DNA of 59,813 nt, filler included, from Jimgerdemannia flammicorona (lineage: Eukaryota): NCBI GenBank assembly GCA_003990765.1. It is 3 parts of 3 records of this genome, joined end to end, with 100 filler letters (N's around TTAATTAATTAA, not from the genome) between each part and the next. Parts side by side here need not be neighbours in the genome. Positions count along the whole stretch, not along the records: positions 19,978 to 39,846 come from RBNJ01001820.1; positions 39,947 to 59,813 come from RBNJ01001821.1; 1 more part is not named here. One strand, written 5' to 3'. The notes under the pieces were generated by a model, which saw only the letters and a list, made by a program, of their open reading frames with translations, had not been told where the DNA came from and searched no databases. Position numbers and translations under genes: made by a program. Positions 35,490 through 47,700 of the stretch are shown piece after piece; position 1 is the first letter of the stretch, and the number at the start of each line of letters is the position of its first letter.

Positions 35490-38400
35490 TCTGGTGGGGG
35501 GTGAGTGTTTCCATATAGTCCTGGAGGACTTTATATATATTCTCCAGAGCTTCTTCCTTTTCTCAGATAGTATTATAGATGGGATAATCTCTCCACTTGA
35601 TGAGGAAAAACCACTTAACTATTTTGGGATATTTGCAGATCTTGTAGTCAAGTACTTTCTCAATTTTGAATTTCTCATAATTATTGATCCTAATTGGAGA
35701 GTGGTGGTGGAACTATATACTCAGAGAATGAGTTCTCATAGTAGTCCACCAATTGACTTATATGGAATACTGAGTGTACTCAAATATTATTAGGAAGTTG
35801 CAACTTGTAGTTGACTTTGCTGACTTTTTGCACAATCTTGTATAGTCCAATTCTTCTAACACAGAGTTTCTTGGCTAGTTGTTATGCTAGAGTATCTGGG
35901 TGAAGGTAGTCTGTTCTAAGCATAACTATGTCACTAATATTGTAGAAGACTTCTCTTTACTTCAAGTTTGCATAATTGGTCTAGTAGTCCTGTGCTTCTA
36001 TGAGAGCATCTCTTATCATTTGGGTAAGATCAGAAATAGTCTCAGCCAGATCTTGGGCTACTGGGACTACTGATTTTGTAGTAGTACTCAGAGTCCTTGG
36101 GTGTTGACCATAGTTCAGAAAAAATAGAGTCTTCTTTGTAAAGGTTTTCTGGCTATTATTATAGGCAAACTCAGTATGAGCAAGATACTTGTCTTAATTA
36201 TTCTACTTGTAACAGCAAAAGATGCTAAGTATCTATTTGAGGGTCCTATTAATTTGCTCAGTTTGACCATCAGTCTGGGGGTAGTAGACAGTAGAGAACT
36301 TTAGCTTGATTCCATGGAGAGAGAAAAATATCTTCCAGAAATTGCTTATGAACTTAGTATCTCAGTCAGATACAATAGTACTAGACATATCATATAGCCT
36401 GAATACTTGGTTGAGAAAAATCTCAGCAATCTCTGGTACTATAGTAGTAGTCTTGGTGGGTGCAAAATGGGCTTGTTTGCTTAGGCAGTCTATAAATAAT
36501 ATAATGGCATCCTATCTTATCTTGGTCTTGGGGAGCTGAATAATAAAGTCTATTGCAATCTGATCTCAGTTATGACTCAGGATAGGCAGAGGTTATAGAA
36601 GTCCTGCTGGTACATAGCTTGTTACTACTTTTGAACCTTTGGCATATCTTGTATAAAGCCACAAAGTCTTTGATGTCCTTAGTCATCCTTGGCCAGTAGA
36701 ACTCTCTTAAGAGGAGATTGTAAGTCTCCTCAAAACCAAAGTGTTCTGCTGCAGGAGTATTATGGAGTTCCTGTATGATCTTGAGCTATAGAGTATCATT
36801 GTTGAGTACAACTACTCTATCATAGTCCCTATAGATAAGTTCATTATGGTAAGTGAATCTCTTGGACATTTGCCTCATTGATTCTGGGACCTTGGCCTCT
36901 GGGTCTTGGCAGGATTGAAGGAAATTCATTAGGGGGCTATCTTGTTGGTAGCCATTCTTGATCATCTGGTTAAGGTCTTCAATTACCTCGACCATAAAGA
37001 CAAGTTTGTCTTCCATATACCTAGAGAAACCATCAGCTACACAGTTAGTTTTTCCTGGGATATACTTAATTTCCATATCAAAGTTGATAATAATTTTCAT
37101 TCAGTGGGCTTGTCTGTGGATCAGTATAGGCTAGGTGTGAATATACTGTAGAGTATGGTAATCAGTATAGGCTATAAATAGTTGTCTTAGGAGGAAATAG
37201 CACCATTTCTGGAGTGCAATAAAAATGGCCAGGAGTTCCTTCTTATAGATAGTATACTAGGTCTCAGCTGGCTTGAGCTTTTGGGAAAGGTAGGCCACTG
37301 AGCAATCTTCTTGGCTGAGCACTGCCCCAATGGCAATGTCAGAGACATCTGTGGTCAGAGTAAATGGCCTAGTAGGGTCAGGTGCAATTAGTACTGGGGC
37401 CTCTGTAAGGAGTCTTTTGAGATAGTCCATAGCCTGGGTATATTTGGGGTTCATTTGGTCTTGATATTTACTCCTTTGTGGACCAGACTGGTCAGTAGAG
37501 CTGCAATAGTAGAGTATCCTTAGATAAATCTTCAGTAGTAACTAGCAATATTCAGAAAGTACTAGAGTAGCTTGAGGGTAGTGGAGATAGGAATATCCTT
37601 GAGGGCTAATATCTTTCAAAAGTCCATATTGATACCTTTAGCAGAGATAATATGTCCTAGATACTCAATCTGATCTTAATAGAACTTGTACTTACTCATC
37701 TTGGTATAAAGCTAGTGTTCTCACAGAAGGGTCAGTACCTGTCTGAGATAGGTGTGGTATAACTCTACTGTTTTGCTGTAGATTAGTATATTATCAATAT
37801 ATATAAGGATACAGATGTTGAGGAGTGGTCCAAAGATATCATTCATCAGATACTGGAATGTTGCTAGTGCATTGGTCAAACTAAAAGGCATATGTAGCTT
37901 AGAACTAGTAGTGTCTAAACTGTGTTTAGAAGGCTGTCTTTTCAATGTTCTTCTCATCAATGAGAATCTGATGGTAGCCATTTCACAAATCTAGTAGGGA
38001 AAAGGTCTTAGTCTTGAAGATTTGATGCAACAACTTATCAATCCTAGACGGGCATACTAGTTCTTGATAGTGATCTTGTTGAGAGCTCTATAGTTAATAC
38101 ATATTCACAGAGTGCCATCCTTCTTCTTAACAAATAGAATAGAGGCTCCAAATGAGGAGCAGCTGGGTTTAATATATTCTTGGGCCAGTAGTTTGGTCAA
38201 CTCATCCTTAAGAGTGTTGAGTTCAGATTGGGCTAGTTGATAGATACTCTTGTATCGGGGTTCAGATCCTGGAATGAGATCAATTCCATGTTAGATTTGG
38301 TACTTGGGTAGAAGTCCTTGAGGGTCTTGAAATACATCTTGGAATTCTTAAAATAGTTCTTGAGCTTCTATTAGAATTGGGCTACTTATAGCTTCAGTGA

Positions 38401-39846
38401 CTTCTTATATAGTATAGATGAAATAGGTATTTCCCTTTTTTCAAGAGAGTCTCTTCATTTGGATGGCAGAGATAATTTCGATTCCTTGATAGTTGGTACC
38501 TTTCTGGGGTATCAGGGTGATCTTTCTACCTTCATGGGTCAGATTAATCTTATTGGTCCTCCAGTGGATGTCTGGGTTATGCTGGGTCAACTAGGCTTTT
38601 CCTAGAATAATGTCTTGTCCTAGGAGATCTATAATACTGAAGTCTAACTTCTCTTGATATTTGCCAATCTTAAGCAAGAGATCTTTGCAGATCTTGGTCA
38701 GTGGTGCATGTTTTACTATCACCAAAGATAATACCCCTTTTCTCATTAGTTGGTCTGCTTTAGGCTCCAATCCTCTTAGCAGTCTTGGTACTGATATAGT
38801 TTCCAGTAGCACCACTATCAAGCAAGATACTGACATTCTGTCTGTAGACTTGGTCTGTGAACTTGATACAACTGTCCTTCTTCTTAATAGTATTGAGCTC
38901 TTCATCCTCATTATTGTCCCAATTGCTGTCAGTTTCCTTGAAGTCAGTTTCTCCCCATTCTTTATAAGGAGAGTGGTCTTGTTTAAATTTCTCAGTCTGT
39001 TGGATCTGGTTTCTTTCAAAGTTAATTTTGAAAACTTTAAAGAGACATGTATGGCATTCACCAATATGTTTCATGCAGTATATTCAGATAGAATGAGAGT
39101 ATCATCCACATGGTATATAACTATCTGCAATTCTCTTATACCAGTTTTCATCATCTTCTTTCATAGTTGTGATCTTTTGACTGAGAGGTTTATTGGTTGA
39201 TCTAAACTCTTTCTTGCCATAGTCTGTCTGGGAGAGCTTGGGGACTTCTTCAATAATGAGATCTTGATGGATTTCTTCAATAATTGCTTGAGCAATTCTT
39301 TGGCCTGTTTTGACTTCAAATGGGGTATCTCCAAAATTTTGCAAAATGACATGGATTTTGCCAGTAAATCCTTGGTCAACTACTTCTCCTTCTAGCTCAA
39401 TATTGAATTCTTTGGCTAGGCTGCTTCACTCAATAAGACAGATATATATATATATACCTTTGGGAGCTTATATTACAATCTCTGTTCACACTGTAGTATT
39501 GGTACTTAGTGGAATAGTGAGGTCTTAGCTACTGTAGAGGTCGTACCCAGCATCAGTAGGGTGGACCTTAGTGGGGATAATAGCCTTGTATCATATCTTC
39601 TGTACTTTAATGATATTCTCAGGGTTCTTCTTTTCTGGACCTTCTCCAATGACAGTAATGTTCTAGTTACTGAGTTTGCCTGATCTGTTTCTCTTCTCAG
39701 AGTATTTGAATGAGATGTATCCTGCCTTCCTGTAGATGAAGCATAATTCTTTTTCATAAAGCTACTTCTTTTTATCCTCAGTGAGAGGTCTTAGTTCTCT
39801 GGGGTTTTGTTGGTTTCTTTAATCATTTCTTTAGTCTTTTTTTTTT
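35490..39846 (-). mobile_element. Chromovirus-type Ty3/Gypsy relic: gag end, dUTPase, protease, RT, RNase H, integrase, chromodomain
   Basis: Knuckle CFIYRKAGY (~39740); protease [33 protein letters not shown]; RNase H TTDVSDIAIGAVL, YIPGKTNCVADGFSR; integrase STVYYPQTDGQTE (~36270); chromodomain FLIKWRDYP...I*EKEE (~35560). Confidence 0.92.
39200..39610 (-). pseudogene. dUTPase domain between gag knuckle and protease
   Basis: DAGYDLYS, SSLAKEF, VVDQGFTGKI, GQRIAQ and TDYGKKEFRST. Confidence 0.9.
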
Positions 39847-39946
39847 NNNNNNNNNNNNNNNNNNNNNNNNNNNNNNNNNNNNNNNNNNNNTTAATTAATT
39901 AANNNNNNNNNNNNNNNNNNNNNNNNNNNNNNNNNNNNNNNNNNNN
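39847..39946. other. Artificial contig linker (44 N + TTAATTAATTAA + 44 N)
   Basis: Same structure as 19878-19977. Confidence 0.97.
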
Positions 39947-42900
39947 GACGGCTTTGGGTACATTGAGGCAGGCCTTTCCGACTTGAATGGGGATGTCTCT
40001 GACAAGTCCAAGGGGTGTGGAAGCTGATCCATCAGCCATGATAACTCTTGCTTTGGTTCCTTCATCTATTCCCCATCCAATTCGCTCCAACATCCTTTGG
40101 GTGATGATGCATACTGCTGCTCCAGTATCAACGAGAATTCTGGCATTTTCACCATGCACTTTTCCATTGGTGAGTCTTGTAGATTGATGTTCATGTCGCT
40201 GGCTCTCATGGACTGTGTGGATAGTGCTGGGTTCTTGAGTGTGTGGTCCTTGGACTGGAAGTCTCTTGGTATCTTCCTTGGCTTCTTTCAGGAATTTTCG
40301 CCTGACCTCTGGTGCATTCTTGAGGACTTGCTCAACTATAAGACCAGCATTCTGTAGGTGGATATGTTTCCAAAGTGAGGCTGCTGTATGGGGCTTGCTG
40401 CTTCTTTGGTGTCTTGGTCCCTTGGGGTGTAGTCTCTCATTCCTGATGGGCATTTCATCAGCTGAAGATTCTATACTCATATGCTCATCTTCTTCAAGGT
40501 CTGGCAGGATAGAGCTGGGGGTTGTCCTAGATGGTCCGGCTTCTGGTTCAGGAGTATCTCTTCTAACTCGCTTCTCCTGTTCTTGTGGAGTGTCTGAAGA
40601 AGAATGGCCATGTTGTGGATGCTTGCCTGTGGATATTGTTACTGGCAGTTGAGGTGGGGGGTTCCTTCGTGGTCTTCCTTGTCCTCTGGTCTCTGCGGGG
40701 GTAGCTTCCCATGTCACCTTGGATGGAAAAGCCTCGAAGTATGGGTAGACATCATCTTCTTGACCATGGAGCCAGGCTGCTTCTTCTTCCATTTCCTGAG
40801 TCTCTTCATCTACCTGAAAGAGGTTGACATTTCTGTCATTGGACTGGGTGGATTGATTCCTTGGACAATTCCTCTAGATGTGGCCTTGATTTCTGCAGTT
40901 GAAGCAGGTGGGACCATAGGAACCAGTCGCTGATGAGACTATAGTTGCAGCTGGTAGTGCGGGAGCAGGACCTCTGTTGTCTTGTTGCTGGTAGTCTGGT
41001 CTATTATCATGACGGTAGTCTTGTTGTCTTCTACCTTGGTTCTTCAGCTGGGCAACCACAATGGCCAGGTCCTTCATTTGCTTGGTGAGTGTCGTCATGG
41101 GGTCTTCTTGAACTCTTGATGGTGGCTGCTGCTGTGGTTGCCTGAATGGAGTCGGATTTGTGGGTGCTGGTCTGTTCTCATACATAGTTGGCTATCTGGG
41201 CTCTGAGGAAGGCATTCTCTTGCTCTATAGTTGTTCCTTGGGTCCTTGGGGTTTCAGCTTGGATTGGCTCATAATAGCCTTGTACTTGTTGTACTGGTCT
41301 ATAATCTGCTTCCCAACATCCTTGTGCTCCAGCAACTTGCTGTTCAATGTTTCGATATCCCATTCTGATAACTTGCCTTCGGAGTTCTGGGTATAAGCCA
41401 TTGAGGAAGGTAGTTGAGGCTAGAGCCAGTTGGACTGCTGGTTGAAGGTTTGCCTTGATCATTTGAGCTTGAATCTGATGGTAGAAACTCTTGGGAGTTT
41501 CATTGGCAGCTTGGCTCATATAGGTCAAAGCCTCCTGTACTTCTTGTTGGCACTTGAATCCATTGAACTGAGCATGGAGCCAGGCTTTGTGAATCATGTA
41601 CCTTGCTACATGGTTTCTATCAGGTTGAAGGCCATCATTCAGTTCCTCTGCATGGATTTCACCTCCGGCTTGCTTGGCTTGATTATACCTCTGTAGGGCT
41701 AGTCCTCTCAGGAGTGACTCCACAATTCTGAGTTTTCTTACAGCATCCCATTGTTTGGCAGCTGCTTGAACTTCAATTTCTCCAAAGAATTCCTCAATAT
41801 CTTCATTATCTGCACCATGGAACTTCTGAAGGTAGCTCATGTCTGGCTTGTCTTCACTATCTGAGTATTGTTCAGGGGTAGGGGATCTGGCAGATCCTCG
41901 GGGTGATGGGGAAGGTGGTGGTGCTAGTACTTGATGATCTAGTGGTACTGGCAGAGGGCGGTGTCTTGGTGAGGGTGAGGGTAATCTGGCTCTTCTAATT
42001 AATGCTGGGGTTGAAGTCCTGGGTAGTGGTGGAGATCTTCTGATTGACTAGTGATAGTGGCGAGGTGTGAGTGACCAGGGTACTGAAGTTCGAGCAACTG
42101 ATGGTGGGAGTGGACTGATATAACTGATAGTGAGTTTGTCTGCCCCTTGCTGTTGTAAAGTAGTGAGGTCTTGTTCGCCTTGTTGTGGGTTTGTGTCACT
42201 GTCTAGATAATAGTATAGGTTGAATTCATCTCTTTGATGGTCTGATCCCCAATCGTCGTCTTGCTCTGGTTGATATGGATGGTAGTCCTCTTCTCCTTCT
42301 GATGTTTCAAAGTATACCTGGTCCAGTGGAGTGACTCAAGTAACAACAGTAGTTATGTAGTCACTTCTGTCTGAGTTCTTCCTATAGATAAGGGTCTGAT
42401 ACTCCTCAGAGATATCTTCTTCTTCTTCTTGGCCTAAGTCTTGGATCTGAAGGGGTAGTTCTGGTTGTCCTCTGAGTTGTCTCCTTTCTCTTGAAGTCAA
42501 GCCGTAATCTGGGTCACTTCTTTCTTCTGATTCAGTTTTCTGGCTACTGGTGTTAAATAGGGTCCTGGCTACTGTTCTGACAAGGGTGTGAGCTTTCTTT
42601 TCTGCTGAGGAGGGCTGTTGCTGCCCCTGGTTTAGTTGCTGACTTGGTCCTGCTAAGTTCTCCACTGTAGATAGCTGGGTTCTTGAGCCAAATGATCAAG
42701 TCTTTTGAAAACTTTCCCAGTTGAGCCCCCAAAATGTGGCATGCAGTTTGTATCTCTAGTTGCTTCAAGCATGGCTCAATGTGCCACTTGATGAAGTGCG
42801 CAGTATAAGACTGAGTGCATTTGCGATGGTTGCAGGTTGATGGTCACATGATCAGTTCATCCAATTCATACTGTGGAGGCTCAGGGCGAATTACTTCTTG

Positions 42901-43543
42901 AATGTACACAGTTCATGGTGCAGTAGGGGATCGTTCGGGTCAATGGTTCAGTCAAACATTCATTCTTAACTTGAGGGTGGGTTCTGGCAGTCGTTTGTTC
43001 ACTGGCGGTCTTGTTCTAGTATCCTTGGGTTCCTTGGCTGGGTTTCCGGGCCTTGAATCTCGAATGGTGGTCTGAATGGTGGTCTGAATGACAGCGGTCT
43101 TAAATGCACAGTCTTGAACCTCGAATGGCGGTTGGTTCTGAATGCACAACAGTCGGGTCGAATGCACAACAGTTGGCAGTTTTTTTTGTATGGCTTTCCT
43201 TTAGCAGCGAATCTTGAACATTTTCTGTGGCAAGAGAAAATTCTTTGACTCAAACCTTGAGTGATCGTTGCTCTAGTTATCTTGTTCTCAGAATTTATCC
43301 AGTCTCTTGGAGGCAGTGAGATTTCTCTGTAATCCTTTTTACTTTTAAATACAAACTGACTGAGGTTTATTCACTCTAAGATATAGGGTTATTTATACAA
43401 ATTTGCTAGCTAGGGGGGGCTAAGGTATACTACATTGTAGTGGTTTAATTGCTAAATATGGGTGTGACAATTGTTTGCACCGAATTGGGATAAGATGAGT
43501 GCTAGTGCTGGATATGGATGTTGTGGGTGGTATTACTGAAAAC

Positions 43544-43737
43544 GGATGTTGCTGACTTGCTGACAAACGTTGGCTGACCGGACTGAGGAAATGGACGTTG
43601 GATCACTGAATTGGAATAAGGCGAGTGCCAGTGCCAGGTTCAGTTGTTGGGGGTGATAGCACTAGAAATGGATGTTACTGACTTGCTGACAAATATTGGC
43701 TGACTGGACTGAGGAAACAGACATTGGATCACTGAAT
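43544..43737. repeat. Direct duplication (~126-bp period) within the putative LTR
   Basis: ggatgttgctgacttgctgacaaacgttggctgaccgga... (43544) versus ggatgttactgacttgctgacaaatattggctgactgga... (43670). Confidence 0.85.
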
Positions 43738-44106
43738 GGTAAAGTACCCTTCATCAGTGAACCAATCATCTTACTGGGTTGTGACTTCTTCATCCTGTTC
43801 TTCAAAGGGTGGGAGCACTGGCCAGGAGGTGAGGGGGTAGAATTGTGGCCAATCATCTTCGATGACATTCTCCAACCCTTGGACTGCTTGAAGGCAGACA
43901 GAGGATTAGTAGATTCTTTGTTCCTCCTCTTCTTCTTCCTCAGATCCTTCAGTTTCCATATTGGTAGAGACTTCTGGGACTTCTTGATTTGGTTCCCAAA
44001 CAATGAGGTGCGAATTGTAGCTGACAGAGTAGTGAGTAGTTGGGGTTGCTCCAACAGGTGTTGTAATGGTAATGGGTAGTTCTTCGAAGATTTCCATGAG
44101 ACTCAT
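43662..44106 (-). pseudogene. Accessory ORF B, acidic, upstream of the LTR TATA box; function unknown
   Basis: MSLMEIFEELPI...GSEEEEEEEQRIY* continues in frame through stops (ENVIEDDWPQFYP...EEQDEE). Confidence 0.4.
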
Positions 44107-44190
44107 TAGGTGACCTTGATAGTTGTCTCGGAGTGGAGTGGTGTGAAAGCCTGGTTGAGTGGGCTCAGTTTGTTGGCTTCCTACAGCAAC

Positions 44191-44600
44191 TCAGTTACTA
44201 CCAATAGAGTCAGCTACTTCTGATTCTATCCAGTCTGCATCTTCAGTTGAGAGGCAGGCGAGACTTCCAGCAGTCACTCCTTGTAAGTATGCTATAGCCC
44301 AGGGAATATAGCAGAAGATTTGGTAGACACGGAGGGCTCTCTTGATTAGCTGGCTGGTGGTTAACATTTCGGCAATGAGGTCTTCCTGATCACCTTCTTG
44401 GGTTTCATTATGAAGGCGGTGTCCAATTTTGTAATCATGCCAGAGGGTCATTCATTCAGCAGTATCTTTGAGCTATTGGGTCATTATGTACCGGTAATTG
44501 ATGAAGTGTCCAAGATCCTCGGTGTAGAAGTTCAGATGTTCAGAGGTATCTGGGCACCAAATAGCCTTCTTGATAGCTTCAAGGATTAGAATCTTTGAGC
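44191..44600 (-). pseudogene. Accessory ORF A (YKIG..L...ALRVYQIF...AIAYLQGV motif) upstream of the LTR TATA box
   Basis: ORF track 44191-44451, extendable upstream through stops. Homologous by eye to 50341-50540. Confidence 0.6.
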
Positions 44601-44863
44601 CAGGCAAGGGGGAAGAGCAGCGGGAGGTCTGGTTGGGGCAGTGGATAGGAGGTATTGTGTGGTGGGTACTTGTTCTTTGGTACTGATTCCTGAGGCGGAG
44701 TATGGTTCTTTAAATAACATAATCTTCCTTTTGGCTTAGATTATCATTGCTCCTTTTGGGGTAATCACCTAATGGGTCAGGCTATCTATTTGATTATCAT
44801 GCCATTATGTCGTCTGATCTTAGCAGTCACTGGTACTCCATTGTCAATTGCGTACATCACAAT

Positions 44864-45109
44864 AGTCATAACTTAGCTACCATATAGCTAGCAAAATTGT
44901 ATAAATATCTCCAGTATCTAGAGTGAATAAACCTTAGGTCAAAATAGTTCAAACCAAAGAAAAAGTAAGAGAAATAGTAAGCCTATAGACAGTTATACTT
45001 CAAACTTACCTATTCTATAACCTGAGGACTCTGTAGAGTTAAAGAAGATTAAGTTTTTAAGATACAGAAATTTGACATATCTACATAGTTACATATCTAC
45101 TATATTACA
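44864..45109 (+). repeat. 5' LTR (~245 bp)
   Basis: Direct repeat of 50881-51126, ending tattaca, with TATAAATA followed closely by GAGTGAATAAACC. Confidence 0.88.
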
Positions 45110-47289
45110 ACTTAGTATCTATTGATTGATAATTTAAGATGAATTCCTCACTTTCAAACTGAACAACAAATAACTTACTACCACCAAAATAAACATATAA
45201 ACTGAACTAAGATATCTAGACAAGATAGATATAAGACCACCAGTGTTCTATAGATATACTTCAGATGAATTAATCATTATCTTTATTAATAATTTCAAGT
45301 AGTATACTGCTGTAAGAACTCTGACAGTAAGATAGCAAGTAGCTCTCATATCCTTTAGTCTCTGAGGTCCTACAAGAGCAATATTCACAGCTACAACCTA
45401 TATAGAAAATAATGATAATACTGTACTGATAATACAGAAGACCTGACTCTAAGTTACCTACTATATAGATAAGATCAAGCAAGTCCTAAAGGATTAGCTT
45501 AATATAATATATTAAGAAATGAGTGCGAATCTAAACACATTCTATACCAGAATCTAATATAAATAATTCTTATAGATTATAATAATGCTATCTGAGACTA
45601 AGTAGCTGAGATAACCTTTATAAAGAGAGTCTACCTAGAGATAGCTATGGCTATCCACTTATTACCAGTAGTTCTGGATTAGCTACAGAAGATTACCTAT
45701 ACTCAGTGATATTGGATTGTCAGACATCTACAGAACTATACAATAGAAAGAGTCACTAGAGTTAGAATTGAAGTACTCATGGCAATTGGCATAATCTCTA
45801 CTATAGTAATCAATCAAAATATATCTCAATCAAGAGCTACAGAGCAGCAGAGAAACAGTGACCCTATAGAGGAACTCACTAAGAAGTACTCTGAAATAAC
45901 TACTCATCTAGGAGATATAATAAAGAAAATAGAGAAAGAGACTACCAATCAGTTCAAAAGTTGGCTGTGATCTCAGACAAGAAGAGAGATATCTGCTATA
46001 TTTATAGAGAAAAAGACTATTACTCATATAAATATATAAGCAAGTCTAAACATAAGACTCAGCCAAGCAATATTATACAAAATAAGAAACAGATCAACAC
46101 TATTACCTTTGAAGAGATCAGAGAGTCAGATGATGAAGGATGGAAAGCCTACTCTACCCAGACTACTATAAAGGATATCTATAAGGAATCTTATAAGAGA
46201 CCACCAGAGAGATCTAAGAACTTAGTAAAAAAACAGATAGATATTGCTACAGAAAGCCAAGCTAAAGAAACAGATCAAGATTTAGAATTGGAGCAGACTG
46301 TTCAAGATATCATTTGAGGAACTACTCTAGCTAGTGAGAGAGAAAAGGAGAAGAAGCTTTGAAAAACCAAGACCTTTAAGTATAATATCTTCAAGGATCT
46401 CAGCCAATGAAAAGTCAATACAACCTTCAGCCAGCTGGCAGAAATATCCACATTAGACAACAAATGAGATTTGGACTAGCTGAGATAACTAAGTATTAAG
46501 ATTGGAAGATAACTAAGGTCAAAAATTTTCAAGAGAACTTAAAAGAAGAAAGTGAAGACAATTACAAGACCTCTGTCTATATAACCTATCAGATTAAATA
46601 CAGAGTCTTCAAAGCCATTATTGATACTAGAGCAGAAGAATATCTTCTCAGTAAGAAAGCAGTAGACTGTCTAGGCTAAGAGATTGAAGAAGTAACTAAG
46701 TTGATATTTATTATAGTAGATAGTATAAAAGCCATTTCTCTAGGAAAGATTTGAGATATTCTCATCAAGTTTGGAAGAGCAACTATTCCAGTAGATGTAA
46801 TTGTAATCAATATAACTAACTATGATATTTTTATTAGTAACCAATAGCTTTATAAAGCTAGAGCAATAATTGACCTAAATGCTCAGAAGATATAGATTAT
46901 CTATTATAGATAGAAGATGTAAATCTCCATCAATATCAACAAGAGAGTTCTATCTAAAATAGAGGAAGAAGAAAGTAAACAAGAGAAAGCTATATAGTAA
47001 TTACTCAGAAGAAGAAAAAAAAAATCAGATAGATTAGTAAAGAAGATTGATACAAGAATATCATAGAAAGATATATACTATAAGAAGTCTGGCCCTATGG
47101 GATCAAGATGTACTATATGGAGTATATTAATAATTACTATCAGTATACTAACAGAATTAAGAAGATCTACCATAAATGAAGACAGAAGGCTCTCAAGAAA
47201 TAGGTAAGAGAAGAGAAAGAGAAGGAGGAAGAGGGTGAACCACTAGCCCTTCTAGAAGACAGTAATGATAAAGAGGAAATCAAGATTAA

Positions 47290-47700
47290 GATTTGGAAAA
47301 TTTACTCTAATATAGTACTACTAGAATATAAGTCAGAGAATAATAACTAGAATGGATATTACTATAGTAAAAGAAATTGTACTTAAACTACAGATAACTA
47401 CCCTACTTATAACTAGTCTTAAGATAACTATTTCAAAGGATTATATTGGGATTCTCAAGATAAGAAGCAGTCTGACTAGGAGTGAGATTATTATTGAAAG
47501 AGAAGTTATTGATTTAGATTATATCAGAGAAATACTACTTATTGCTAGAAATCATAACTCTATAATTTCATTTTCAATCAAGAAGAAGAACTGACTGATA
47601 CAGATGTTAATCTTCACAGTTCTTCAGTTAAAGTTCATGGAAGTTAAGAAGTTAGAGGAAACAGAAAGAGGAAGAAAAGAATTCAGATCTACAGAAAGAG
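47290..47700 (+). pseudogene. dUTPase domain between protease and RT
   Basis: MDI..., KIRSSLT, EVIDLDYIREI (decayed GVIDxDYxGEI), LIQML and ETERGRKEFRSTE (decayed TERGxxGFGSTG). Confidence 0.85.

Larger units (their letters stand above)
39947..44861 (-). mobile_element. Ty3/Gypsy 5' half: putative long LTR (44861->~43328), leader, pre-gag ORF, gag and protease; cut by contig end
   Basis: gag MSYLQKFHGADNEDIEEFF...TFLNGL (41840-41178); knuckle CFNCRNQGHI (~40900); protease ILVDTGAAVCII (~40125). TATAAATAACCC at ~43398 followed by GAGTGAATAAACCTCAG. TG start at 44861. Confidence 0.85.
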
